Origin: a plasmid
Direction: 5' to 3' (one strand)
DNA length: 64,000 nt
Sequence record: NZ_CP018188.1
The position numbers and the translations under genes were made by a program. The notes under the pieces were generated by a model, which saw nothing but the letters and a program-made list of their open reading frames with translations, did no database searches and was not told the origin of the DNA. Positions within the stretch are counted from its first letter, which is position 1; each line of letters starts with the position of its first letter. Positions 19,929 through 29,463 of the stretch are shown piece by piece.

Positions 19929-20550
19929 ATGAAATATAGTTTTTATCAAGTTGCTCAACGTTTCTCAATTCGTATGTATTCTTTTGGTGCTGCTTCTGTG
20001 ATTTTAGGTTTTTTCCTACTTTCTGGTGTACAGACTGCTCATGCTGATGAGAAAGTGGCTGTTTCTGAATCAACTACAAGTATTACTAGTGATAATGGAG
20101 TTGTATCAGATAAAGTAACTTCTTCAAATGCTGAGATTGTTCTTTCTGAAGCTACTGTTTCAATTCCCAAGGAAAGTTTGGTACCAAGCTGACAGACAAA
20201 GTGATGGTAGCTACAAGGTTCGCATCAATGTTAGAGACCATAGGGCTGAAGCGGGCGAATACATTGTCCATCTCTATTATGTTCAAGACGGTAAGATGAT
20301 AGGTATCGGAGGCACTAGTACAACTGTTCCAGTACAAAATGCAACCCGCCACAACCTTCCATCTTTAGGTTCATATACCTTTACAGATCGTACTGGTATT
20401 AAGACTCAACCTTTGGTAGCCAACCCAGATGTTAGCTACTACGATGCTGGTAAGTCAGTAAACTATGACAAGGTCCTAACAGCTGATGACCACACCTGGT
20501 TGTCTTATGTAACCTATAGTGGTGCAAGACGCTATGTGGATATTTCTTAA
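19929..20550 (+). pseudogene. truncated/frameshifted paralogue of YSIRK-CHAP-SH3b hydrolase gene (signal peptide + last Bsp-like/SH3b repeats only)
   Basis: ORF 19929..20192 is the N-terminal 80 aa, about 90% identical to 23105 (MKYSFYQVAQRFSIRMYSFGAAS...). It then shifts frame into ORF 20128..20550, which matches the C-terminal ~140 aa of the intact protein. The internal ~1.2 kb, including the CHAP domain, is deleted. Confidence 0.7.
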
Positions 20551-20773
20551 GAGTTGTAACATCACACTCTTTTGAGGGTGGTGTTTTTTGGTGGGGTGAA
20601 GGAAAAAATATTATCATTTTAATGATATGTTCTCTTGTTAAAAATGTAATATTTTTGTAAAATAAATTAAAAGACAGATATCTCTCATTTTAGATGGAGT
20701 AAGATTAAATTTTTTATGGAGTAGAGATATCTACCTATAGTGATTTTTATTACAATTCTGAAGGAGTTAAGGT

Positions 20774-21508
20774 ATGCTTAACATCTATGTTTTAGAGGAT
20801 CATATTATCCAACAAAATCGTATTGAAGAGGTTATTCATACGATTCTTAAGAAAAATAACATTAAAGTAGGGGACTTTGAGGTTTTTGACAAACCTAATC
20901 AACTGTTAGAGTCTATTGCCGAGAGAGGATCTCATCAGCTCTTTTTCTTGGACATTCAAATTAAAGATGATACTAAAAAAGGTTTGGAAGTGGCTAAGCA
21001 GATTCGCAAGAATGATCCCTATGCCAATATTGTTTTCTTCACGACCCATTCAGAGTATCTGCCCTTGACTTTTCAATACCAACTGGCAGCTCTAGACTTT
21101 ATTGATAAGTCTTTGGAGGGAGAGGATTTTCAAAAGCGTGTGGAAAGTATTATCTTATTAACCTGCAAGAAGATACAGAGTCAGAGTCCAGAAGATGCTT
21201 TTCGGATTGAGAATGTTAAGACCGTTATTCAGGTTCCCTTTCATGATATCTTGTACTTTGAGACGTCAGATATCGTTCACAAGGTTATCCTTTATACTAA
21301 AGAGGAGCAGATTGAGTTTTATGGCAGTCTCTCTCAAATTGAAAAGAGTGACCCTAGACTGTTTAAATGCCACAAATCTTTCCTTATCAATCCAGAAAAT
21401 ATCACCAAATTAGATAAAAGTACGGGGACGGTCTATTTTGAAAATGGTGGTATCTGTTATGTTTCAAAGTTGAAACTAAAGAAATTGCTTGAGAGAATTA
21501 GCCTATGA
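20774..21508 (+). CDS. LytTR-family response regulator (AgrA/ComE/BlpR-like)
   Basis: N-terminal REC domain (IYVLEDHIIQQNR...FLDIQIKDD). C-terminal LytTR domain (...FRIENVKTVIQVPFHDILYFETSD...CHKSFLINPENI). Confidence 0.85.
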   Translation: MLNIYVLEDHIIQQNRIEEVIHTILKKNNIKVGDFEVFDKPNQLLESIAERGSHQLFFLDIQIKDDTKKGLEVAKQIRKNDPYANIVFFTTHSEYLPLTFQYQLAALDFIDKSLEGEDFQKRVESIILLTCKKIQSQSPEDAFRIENVKTVIQVPFHDILYFETSDIVHKVILYTKEEQIEFYGSLSQIEKSDPRLFKCHKSFLINPENITKLDKSTGTVYFENGGICYVSKLKLKKLLERISL

Positions 21509-22824
21509 TAGCAATCAATTTTGTGTTGGATAATCTCGACTTTTTAGTGGAGATTATCCTCTTTATTCTCATTTATCAATACATTACCTCCGAGAAGATA
21601 AAGCTAAGATGGTATATCATCATCCCCTTGATTATCCGATTTTTATTTGTGCTTTCTCCAGCTCTATCCTATGTTTTAGGGCATGCCTTCTTGGTTGTTT
21701 ATTCCCTCTACAGAAATCGTTATGGCAATAGGTTATTAGATATTTTCTATGGCTTGTTTCCAATCGTCATAGAAAGTCTTGTTCACAATCTTATTATTTA
21801 TGGGATTGCCTTAGTTATCAATCGTCATTATCTGATTGTACTTAACCATTTTCATTTAAATCTTGTCATTGGGTTGTTGGTCTTTCCCGTATTTTGGTTA
21901 ATCATTAAGACCTTAAAAGTGAATTTCAAAGCGTTGAACTATGGTTTTAGAAAGTCATTTTCAAAGTACTTTTTATTGCTTATAGATATATCAATGTTAT
22001 CTTATGCCCCGCTTCTCCAATATATTACCTTTTTTGTGCAACAGAGCCCTGGAGGAAGAGATTGGCATGTTTACCTGGTGGTGACCTATGCTTTACTCTT
22101 TCTTGCGACCCTTGTTTATATCAATGCGACCTTCAGCGAAAGACTCAAAGAAGAAGTCCTTCTCCAAAAAGATAAGCAAATGAGTGATTTGGCTCATTAT
22201 AGTCAACAAATCGAACAACTCTATACGGATCTTCGTCGCTTCAGGCACGATTACCTAAATGTTTTGTCTAGTATAAAATACGGCATTGACTCCAAGGATA
22301 TGGCTATTATTTCCGATATCTACGATAACATTCTTGAAAAAACAAAGACTCAGATTGAGGGAAAACAGTACGAAATTGCCAACTTGATTAATATTAAAGA
22401 TGAAGCTGTTAAAGGTGTCTTGGCTAGTAAAATCTTGGAAGCACAAGGTCAGTCCATTACCATTCACCTTGAGGTCAGTGATATCTTTGAAGTATCGAGG
22501 ATGGAATTGTTGGATTTCATAACAGTGCTGTCCATTTTTTTGGATAATGCTATTGAAGCTAGTCTGGATAGCAGTACTAAAGAAGTAAACATTGCTCTTA
22601 TCAGTGGAGAGACAAAGGTAGTAATAGTAGAGAATACCATTGCTCAAGAATCTATCAATACAGTCGGTATCTTTAAACTTGGTCGCTCAAGTAAAGGAGA
22701 AGGACGTGGTATAGGTCTGTCCACTGTTCGAGAGATTTTAGGGAAGTACCCTAATTGTTCTTTGTCAACACAATCTAAAGACTATCGTTTTAAACAGACA
22801 CTAAAAATAGAAGATGTGGTTTGA
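21505..22824 (+). CDS. AgrC/ComD/BlpH-like (HPK10) membrane sensor histidine kinase
   Basis: Overlaps the response-regulator stop (ATGA). About 6 N-terminal transmembrane helices. The C-terminus has the GHKL ATPase region (...GRSSKGEGRGIGLSTVREIL). Confidence 0.8.
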   Translation: MIAINFVLDNLDFLVEIILFILIYQYITSEKIKLRWYIIIPLIIRFLFVLSPALSYVLGHAFLVVYSLYRNRYGNRLLDIFYGLFPIVIESLVHNLIIYGIALVINRHYLIVLNHFHLNLVIGLLVFPVFWLIIKTLKVNFKALNYGFRKSFSKYFLLLIDISMLSYAPLLQYITFFVQQSPGGRDWHVYLVVTYALLFLATLVYINATFSERLKEEVLLQKDKQMSDLAHYSQQIEQLYTDLRRFRHDYLNVLSSIKYGIDSKDMAIISDIYDNILEKTKTQIEGKQYEIANLINIKDEAVKGVLASKILEAQGQSITIHLEVSDIFEVSRMELLDFITVLSIFLDNAIEASLDSSTKEVNIALISGETKVVIVENTIAQESINTVGIFKLGRSSKGEGRGIGLSTVREILGKYPNCSLSTQSKDYRFKQTLKIEDVV

Positions 22825-22843
22825 TTGAACCGCATCTTTTTTT
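22812..22843 (+). terminator. rho-independent terminator (copy 2)
   Basis: AGATGTGGTTTGATTGAACCGCATCTTTTTTTG, overlapping the kinase stop codon. Confidence 0.55.
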
Positions 22844-22964
22844 GTCCTTTGAAAACAAGTACCTGATCCTATATTTGTTTATTTAAATATATATATATAT
22901 ATCCAGAATACTTGCAAAGTTTCCAAAAAACTGACTTTCTAATCTCAATGAAAGAAATATTTAT

Positions 22965-23003
22965 ATTTTGTGTGAATAAATATAATAAATTTGTAATAGT
23001 GAC
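22965..23003 (+). promoter_or_regulatory. candidate LytTR-type direct repeats (TTTGTGTGAATA ... 21 bp ... TTTGTAATAGTG) upstream of CHAP hydrolase gene
   Basis: Imperfect direct repeats with 21-bp periodicity, followed by an AT-rich -10 region. Paralogous to 19790-19826. Confidence 0.3.
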
Positions 23004-23104
23004 AATTTTTAGACTTTTTGCGATTTATATTAATTTGATAGTCATAGTCGTGCTATACTTTTTTGCATAGGAGAGAGTTATGAAAAAGACTAGGAGATAT
23101 TATT

Positions 23105-24946
23105 ATGAAATTTAGTTTTTATCAAGTTGCTCAACGTTTCTCAATTCGTAAGTATTCTTTTGGTGCTGCTTCTGTGCTTTTAGGGGTTTTCCTACTTTCT
23201 GGTGTACAGACTGCTCATGCTGATGAGAAAGTGGCTGTTTCTGAATCAACTACAAATATTACTAGCGATAATGGAGTTGTATCAGATAAAGTAACTTCTT
23301 CAAACGCTGAGATTGTTCTTTCTGAAGCTACTGTTTCAGTTCCAAAGGAAAGTTTGGCACCTGCAGAAGCACCCTCAAGTGCTGTGACACCAGAAAAGAC
23401 AAGTGAGAGCTCTAAGCATGTTGAAACAGTTACTGCGGATGAAACTCACAAAGTTGAAAATACTTCAGAACCAATATCAACAGTAGAAGAAAAGGTTAAC
23501 GTAGCGACAAATACTGATAAGGTATCTGATAAAAAAGTTACTACTCCAAACATTCCAAATGAGCCAAATAAAAAAATTGAGTCGGAGGTACATGAAGATA
23601 AGGAGACTGAAAAAGCAACTGTAACAGAGAAAATTTCTGAACCAAAAGTTCCTGAAATTATAACAGATAATAACTCATCAACACCAAGCACTGGTTATTC
23701 GAGGTTATTTAGTGTTGGAAATATTAGACGACCTTTGTCTAATAATTCTAGAATCGGTGATGACTATCCAGTGGCTTGGCGTAATAATCCGGAGGAATGG
23801 GATAGCTGGGGTTATGCAACTGCTTATTGTACTTCCTTTGTTGCTAATAGACTCTACCAAGTTAATAAATTGGATACACCTAGAGGTTTAGGTCATGCTA
23901 GACAATGGGGTGGAAATGCAAGAAGTATGGGATATAGAGTTGATAATATTCCTACTAGAGGCTCTGTAGCATATTTGGACGATGGTCTTTATGGTCACGT
24001 TGCTTGGGTGTCAGCCGTCAAAGGTGATAATGTAGAAATCGAGGAGTATAACTATGGGTCAACCTATCGGTTCCGTTATCATAGTCGTGTGGTTCCCAAA
24101 AATTCATTCACTGGTTACATCCACTTTAAAGATTTAAAAAGTAGCAATACAAGTATCCCTGATACTCCAACACCAACAGATAATACAGGAAGTAATTTAG
24201 CTTCTTCAGGATTTTATCAATTTACAGAGAGAGTAAGCATTAAAGCTGAACCAAAAATGTCTGCCCCAGAACTTGCCTATTATGAAGCAGGAAATACTGT
24301 CAATTATGATAAAACACTCCAAGCAGACGGTTATGTCTGGATTTCTTATCTATCATATGCAGGAAACCGTCGCTATATTCCAGTACAAAAACTTTCAACG
24401 GAGGTAAAACCAGAGGTTAAAGGAACCATTAATGTTTTAAATAAGAATGACCAGTCAGGTACCTTTGATGTTGTGATTTCAAATGTTTCAAGTAATGTTG
24501 GACTAAAAGAAGTTCAAGTTCCAATCTGGTCAGCAAAAAATGGGCAAGATGATTTGAAATGGTATAAAGCTGTTAAACAATCTGATGGTACCTATAAGAC
24601 TTCTGTAAAAATCAGTGATCATAAGAATGACAGAGGAGAATATCTTATCCATCTCTATTATGTTACTGATAGTGGTAAACAAATTGGTGTAGGTGGGACA
24701 ACGACAACTGTAGAAAGTGCTTCAACTACATCTAATCCTTCTAAACCATCAATTCCTAATAGTGGTGTTTATACTTTCAAAGGCCATGCAAGTATCAAAG
24801 CAGAACCAAAGATTTCTGCACCTGAGTTGGCATATTATGATGCTGGAAATACAGTAAATTATGATACCCTTATTCAGGCAGATGGTCACTATTGGATTTC
24901 TTACTTATCATATTCAGGTGCTCGTCGTTATATTGCGATTAACTAA
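23105..24946 (+). CDS. secreted YSIRK-signal CHAP-domain peptidoglycan hydrolase with Bsp-like and SH3b-type C-terminal repeats
   Basis: YSIRK-G/S signal (FSIRKYSFGAASVLLG). CHAP Cys/His (ATAYCTSFVANR ... YGHVAWV). Two C-terminal ~50-aa repeats (SIKAEPK(M/I)SAPELAYY(E/D)AGNTVNYD...) and a GBS Bsp-like repeat (WYKAVKQSDGTYKTSVKISDHKNDRGEYLIHLYYV). Confidence 0.8.
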   Translation: MKFSFYQVAQRFSIRKYSFGAASVLLGVFLLSGVQTAHADEKVAVSESTTNITSDNGVVSDKVTSSNAEIVLSEATVSVPKESLAPAEAPSSAVTPEKTSESSKHVETVTADETHKVENTSEPISTVEEKVNVATNTDKVSDKKVTTPNIPNEPNKKIESEVHEDKETEKATVTEKISEPKVPEIITDNNSSTPSTGYSRLFSVGNIRRPLSNNSRIGDDYPVAWRNNPEEWDSWGYATAYCTSFVANRLYQVNKLDTPRGLGHARQWGGNARSMGYRVDNIPTRGSVAYLDDGLYGHVAWVSAVKGDNVEIEEYNYGSTYRFRYHSRVVPKNSFTGYIHFKDLKSSNTSIPDTPTPTDNTGSNLASSGFYQFTERVSIKAEPKMSAPELAYYEAGNTVNYDKTLQADGYVWISYLSYAGNRRYIPVQKLSTEVKPEVKGTINVLNKNDQSGTFDVVISNVSSNVGLKEVQVPIWSAKNGQDDLKWYKAVKQSDGTYKTSVKISDHKNDRGEYLIHLYYVTDSGKQIGVGGTTTTVESASTTSNPSKPSIPNSGVYTFKGHASIKAEPKISAPELAYYDAGNTVNYDTLIQADGHYWISYLSYSGARRYIAIN

Positions 24947-25078
24947 GTTTTAAAGGCTATCCAATTTTAGAAGATGGCAGAAAAATATTTCTATATTATT
25001 TTATGTAACGGTATTGAAATATAGAAATAAAAATGTTATATTTACAACGTAAAAAATTTATTAAAAGGAACATAAATT

Positions 25079-25732
25079 ATGAAAACTACAAGTAAGCTTA
25101 TTGGTTCATTCTTGGCTCTCATTATTGTTATTCTTGCCATCTTCCTTGTGACTAAGTTTAACAGCCATGAATCTGCACGTGTTAGTACAAGTAGCAGCCA
25201 AACTAAAATTGTTAAGAAATCATCTATAAGCTCAAGTAAATCTACTAAGAACGATAAGAAAAATTCAAACCCGCATGTAAAAAATGAAGACACAAAAGAT
25301 GAAACAGTTGAGGTTAGTGAGTCTTCTGTTGCCAAAGATTCTCCAACTAAATACACTGATGAAACGGTCTTATCTTCAGGAGGAGTTGCTGAGCCTACAA
25401 AAGAAAAAACAGGAGAAGAAACACAATCATCATCATCGTTTAATGGGAAGCAACTAAGTTCAGGTGATTATAGTTCAATCGCTGGTACTTGGACAAACTC
25501 TCGAGGAGAATTTGTCACAATTTCACCAGATGGCACAGTACAAAATGGGAGTGGTTATACTTATCATCTCTATTCTGTACATTTAAATAATGGAAATTTT
25601 TCAGGAACAATTGCTTCTGATATTGATAGCGCAGCTTTTTGGGCTATTCCTGGAACTAGTAATGGCGATTCAGACCATCTTGTTATTGGTCAAAGTGAGG
25701 ATGCAGAAAATTATCCATTTTATCGTAATTAA
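25079..25732 (+). CDS. membrane-anchored Ser/Lys-rich protein with C-terminal globular domain (hypothetical; possible lysin-immunity/accessory)
   Basis: N-terminal transmembrane helix, low-complexity S/K/T linker, conserved-looking C-terminal ~100 aa. No catalytic motifs. Confidence 0.4.
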   Translation: MKTTSKLIGSFLALIIVILAIFLVTKFNSHESARVSTSSSQTKIVKKSSISSSKSTKNDKKNSNPHVKNEDTKDETVEVSESSVAKDSPTKYTDETVLSSGGVAEPTKEKTGEETQSSSSFNGKQLSSGDYSSIAGTWTNSRGEFVTISPDGTVQNGSGYTYHLYSVHLNNGNFSGTIASDIDSAAFWAIPGTSNGDSDHLVIGQSEDAENYPFYRN

Positions 25733-26199
25733 CATGAAAAAAGATTGCTATTTATTTAGTAATCTTTTTACTTTTGCTTTTATTGGAAAAACAACGAAAA
25801 TGTAAGTATAAGTTGGTCATTTTTTCGATTATTACGAAAATCGGACAGAGAGAAATAAAAATATGAAACGAGAAAAATCTTTATCCTCAATTTGTCAATT
25901 CGAGTGAAACAAGGTCGTTTCTCTGATTAAGTGAGAATCTTTTAAACTGTTTTTTTGAGGTTTGATAGCTCGTATTCGTCGTAAACGGTTGTAATCTTCA
26001 TACCAGGAGAGGTTTGCAAAAAAGAAGAGAATCTCATTCAAAACCAGTATGAAGTGTCCTAACCAATGGAAAAGTGTTATACGGCCATGCCAGAATTTTC
26101 CATACCAACAAGGAGTAAGAAAACTCTCTCTGTTGCTAGTATACTGACCCCAAAAAGTTAGAAATTTAAATAGTTTATTTATGACGAAGTTTTTAGTAA

Positions 26200-26885
26200 T
26201 GATAAATTGGAAGAATAAGTGCAACACTTACTTGAACTCATCCTCTAGAGCTTCATAAGCAGTTCAATAAGCTAAACATTTTCGTGGTCTGTGATTGATA
26301 TCATATAAGGCCTTGTTCAAAGCATCATCAGAGATAGCGGCTAAATCTGTTTTCTTTGGGAAATATTCTCTTAGTAAGCCACTTGCGTTTTCATTGCTTC
26401 CTTTCTGCTAGGATGAATAGGCGTCCGCAAAGAAAAAAGAAATTCCTAAATTCTCTACCAGAGGATAGCAGACAAACTCTTTTCCCCTGTCTGAAGTGAA
26501 GGTTTTAAAAGTTACATTGGCTTTTGTTCAAGCTGATAGTGGCCATAAATCCGTTCAGGCAATCAGGAGGATTTTAAACTGTTCTCAATTTCCTTTTTCA
26601 ACTTTGGTGTCAAACAAGACTTCTGACCTTTTTGCTTAACCCTACGTTTGTACTGTTCCTGTGTTAAGACTGCGGAATAACCATTTTGGCATCGTCTTAA
26701 TTCTCTTGAAATGGTAGACTTATGGACGTCAAGTTTACTTGCAATTTGGCAAGGTTTCAAACCTAATTTTAGGTAGGTTTCTATCTTTATTCGGTCGGTT
26801 ATGGTAAGCTGGGAACAGCTCATAGTTTTTCCTCGGGTTCTGTTTGTGTGGTTACTTACAGTTTACATCAATGAAACGCTATGAG
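26200..26885 (-). mobile_element. degenerate IS30-family insertion sequence (transposase pseudogene)
   Basis: An intact N-terminal HTH ORF lies at 26563..26823 (LTITDRIKIETYLKLGLKPCQIASKLDVHKSTISRELRR). The downstream minus-strand frames contain IS30-like segments (e.g. ...HRPRKCLAY*...) broken by stops and frameshifts. The ORF 25895..26227 just beyond is an unassigned, possibly transposase-derived fragment. Confidence 0.55.
26230..26823 (-). pseudogene. IS30-family transposase, disrupted
   Basis: See the mobile_element entry. Multiple in-frame stops lie after the HTH region. Confidence 0.5.
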
Positions 26886-27326
26886 TTTTTTGTTGCACTA
26901 TATTTTACAATTTATCATTTTAAAAATAAATTCAGTTGAAATTTTCTCTGTAATTTCATTATTTCAAGTTCTATTTTGCTATCTTATAAAAATATTAATA
27001 CTAATCCAACGAATAATCCATGACCCCTTGATTATCATTCACAAACTTTTATATAAACCACATGTGAATGTATTTTCCAAAAGTAGTTTATGTCTATTAC
27101 AATTAAAGAATATATGTCGATTAGAATTTATCTTATTAATGCCTGTTTTGAACTTTTAAAGAAGTGATAACAATGAATATTCCATTTTTAAGGTTTGAAA
27201 CTAACTATTGACTCATGTAATAGGATTTATCGATTTTATTCTAATATTTTGGGGCTCTCTAGCCTTGCATTGATATCAAAAATCTATATAATAATTAATA
27301 AAGAGCCAGTAGAAAGGGTGAGAATT

Positions 27327-27470
27327 ATGTTTATGATCTTGGTTCTATTACTTACATTAGCGAGTTTCTTATACGTTGTCATCGGTATTGCCAAGAAAAT
27401 CTTTTCAATTTTCGCCTTAATTACACCAATTGTAGTCTTGTGTGTCGGGCTTCTTATCGCAATGAATTAA
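27327..27470 (+). CDS. small hydrophobic membrane peptide (47 aa)
   Basis: Ribosome-binding site AGAAAGGGTGAG + ATG. MFMILVLLLTLASFLYVVIGIAKKIFSIFALITPIVVLCVGLLIAMN. Followed by a terminator. Confidence 0.3.
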   Translation: MFMILVLLLTLASFLYVVIGIAKKIFSIFALITPIVVLCVGLLIAMN

Positions 27471-27484
27471 CAAAAGTCAAGGGG

Positions 27485-27516
27485 GGTCACTATCTTACAG
27501 GTAGTGACCTTTTTTG
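27485..27516 (+). terminator. rho-independent terminator
   Basis: GGTCACTATCTTACAGGTAGTGACCTTTTTTG. Confidence 0.6.
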
Positions 27517-27557
27517 TTATGCTTTTAATGTCAAAAAAGACATTAAAGGAGAAAAAT

Positions 27558-28889
27558 ATGAAAGCACTTAAACTTATAAGAGAGGACGGTTATGAAAACG
27601 TCCATTATGCTAGTTTAGGGGAGCAAAAATTTAAAACATTGGTTGTTGCAGATAGGAAAGATGAACAAGATCAATGGTTTGAGCAACCAGAAATTGAATG
27701 TGTTCCAGAAGAAGTTTCAGATATCATTCGAAACTACACACTCCCATATATTGATCTCGGAAATACTGAAGATGAGTATTTGTTAGAACAAGCAACTAAT
27801 AAGGTTGTATCAGTTGTGGTAGAGAATGTACTTGAAACACAGCCATTTATACCTAGAAATAGAAATGGTCGCCCTATCGGTGAAGGTGTAGCTTTTTGTG
27901 ATATGTTAGTAGGGCGTATCCAAAATGGAGAACTTGCTGGAACAGCTGTTTATATTAAACAAACTGAATCTGGCTTCCGTCAGCCAAAAGATTTCTTTAA
28001 AATGGTTGGACGGATTTTTCCTTGTAAATTAACTGACATCCATATCCAAACTATCGACAATTATAAACTCACAATCAATAACCCATCAAACTATGTTGTT
28101 GAAGGTAGTATTGAGTTAGCTGAGTGGTTAACTAATTATCAACTTCTTCAGCAAATTGAAAAGAGTAAAGATAACTCTTCACGTAATCGAGATAGAAAAA
28201 ATATCTTAGAGCGTACTCATGAAGGTATTGTATCAGCCGTTATTAACAATGGTAGCAATGCAGGTATCATGGTAATAACCAAAAAATTACAAACGGTATT
28301 CATTCCTAAACATAGGGTAAGTTATGAGTGTGATTCTTCTTTTGTTAACCTAGACGAAGTAGTATCAGTTTTTGATAGGGTGGAATTAAAAATCACTGGA
28401 GCTAATACCCAAAAGCCAAGTCCAAATCAAAGAGAACGTCACATTATCCATGACTATATTCGTATCGAAGGGGATATGAAAGTTCTCGAAGAAGCACCTC
28501 AAGATGCTTTGATTGAGATGATTGATAATAAGAAAGTCATAGGACGATTGTTTAAAGTGCGATTTATCAGTTTTGATCCACAGAGTCTACATACAGTAGA
28601 GTTGGTTGACTTTCCAGGTATCAAAATTAAAATGAAGGACTCAGGCTCCTTAAATCGGGTTCCTTTTAAGCAAGGAGATGAAATTTCAGTTGTTATACTA
28701 GATGCTCATTATCGCTGGGTAGACGCAAATAGCAGAGGGCGTCGAGTGGCCAAAAAAACTGAAGAAGTGAGCATTAATTCACAGAATATGGAAGAGAAAA
28801 AATGTCTGTTTCGTATCAAATCACGTTTCAATAGTTTCTATCCAAAACGAGTGAACAGTAAAATCTTATCAAGTTTTTTTACTAGTTGA
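27558..28889 (+). CDS. hypothetical protein (443 aa)
   Basis: Start MKALKLIRED follows AAAGGAGAAAAATATG (the track start 27504 overlaps the terminator). No recognisable motifs. Confidence 0.45.
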   Translation: MKALKLIREDGYENVHYASLGEQKFKTLVVADRKDEQDQWFEQPEIECVPEEVSDIIRNYTLPYIDLGNTEDEYLLEQATNKVVSVVVENVLETQPFIPRNRNGRPIGEGVAFCDMLVGRIQNGELAGTAVYIKQTESGFRQPKDFFKMVGRIFPCKLTDIHIQTIDNYKLTINNPSNYVVEGSIELAEWLTNYQLLQQIEKSKDNSSRNRDRKNILERTHEGIVSAVINNGSNAGIMVITKKLQTVFIPKHRVSYECDSSFVNLDEVVSVFDRVELKITGANTQKPSPNQRERHIIHDYIRIEGDMKVLEEAPQDALIEMIDNKKVIGRLFKVRFISFDPQSLHTVELVDFPGIKIKMKDSGSLNRVPFKQGDEISVVILDAHYRWVDANSRGRRVAKKTEEVSINSQNMEEKKCLFRIKSRFNSFYPKRVNSKILSSFFTS

Positions 28890-28963
28890 GTCAAATATAG
28901 TTCCCTCTGAAATGGGAACTTTTTGTTTACGTTCGAAACAGAGAAACAAAACAAGGAGGGAAC

Positions 28964-29452
28964 ATGAACCATCATAATATCAATGCTATTGTCTATTATC
29001 TGATAGTCTTTATTCGGTATGTATTACCTATTACCTTGGTTTTTATCGGTATTGGTAGGTGGAGTTATGCGAAATCTATCAATAATCCAGAGAAGCAAAT
29101 CATGGGAGTAAGTTTTGCCTTAAAATCAATTTTATTCTTATATATCGTTACATTTGTCCCCATATTCATCATCTATGGACTTGCAATGATATCAAAGGGA
29201 GGCGTACATAGTGGTGACTTCTCTATGATTAGTTTCGTAGAAGTCTTTACCTTAATAGAAATTCTAGCAGTTGGAATATTGCCTGCATATGGTTTTATAC
29301 AGGGGTATATATATCACTATCAATGGTTGATTACAGAAGGTAAGAAAACAACAAGTTTACCACGACGTAACCTATTCATTAGACTTGGAATAATAAGTCC
29401 GATTGCTATTGTTGTATTTATGGAATTCTTGAAAAAAATGTTTGCTTACTAG
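28964..29452 (+). CDS. integral membrane protein (hypothetical)
   Basis: Four predicted transmembrane helices. Ribosome-binding site AAGGAGGGAACATG. Confidence 0.4.
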   Translation: MNHHNINAIVYYLIVFIRYVLPITLVFIGIGRWSYAKSINNPEKQIMGVSFALKSILFLYIVTFVPIFIIYGLAMISKGGVHSGDFSMISFVEVFTLIEILAVGILPAYGFIQGYIYHYQWLITEGKKTTSLPRRNLFIRLGIISPIAIVVFMEFLKKMFAY

Positions 29453-29463
29453 AGAGGTGCTTT

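Noticed and set aside
20551-20773. Search for a pheromone/AIP gene between the truncated YSIRK gene and the response regulator
   Set aside because: Only very short ORFs of 12 aa or fewer are present, with no leader-peptide features. A 10-bp inverted repeat (AGATATCTCT / AGAGATATCT) is present but was not interpretable.
25895-26227. 110-aa ORF as an independent functional gene
   Set aside because: It lies immediately downstream of the broken IS30 transposase and has no ribosome-binding site. The sequence suggests a fragment of another transposase or junk. It is kept only as part of the degenerate IS region.
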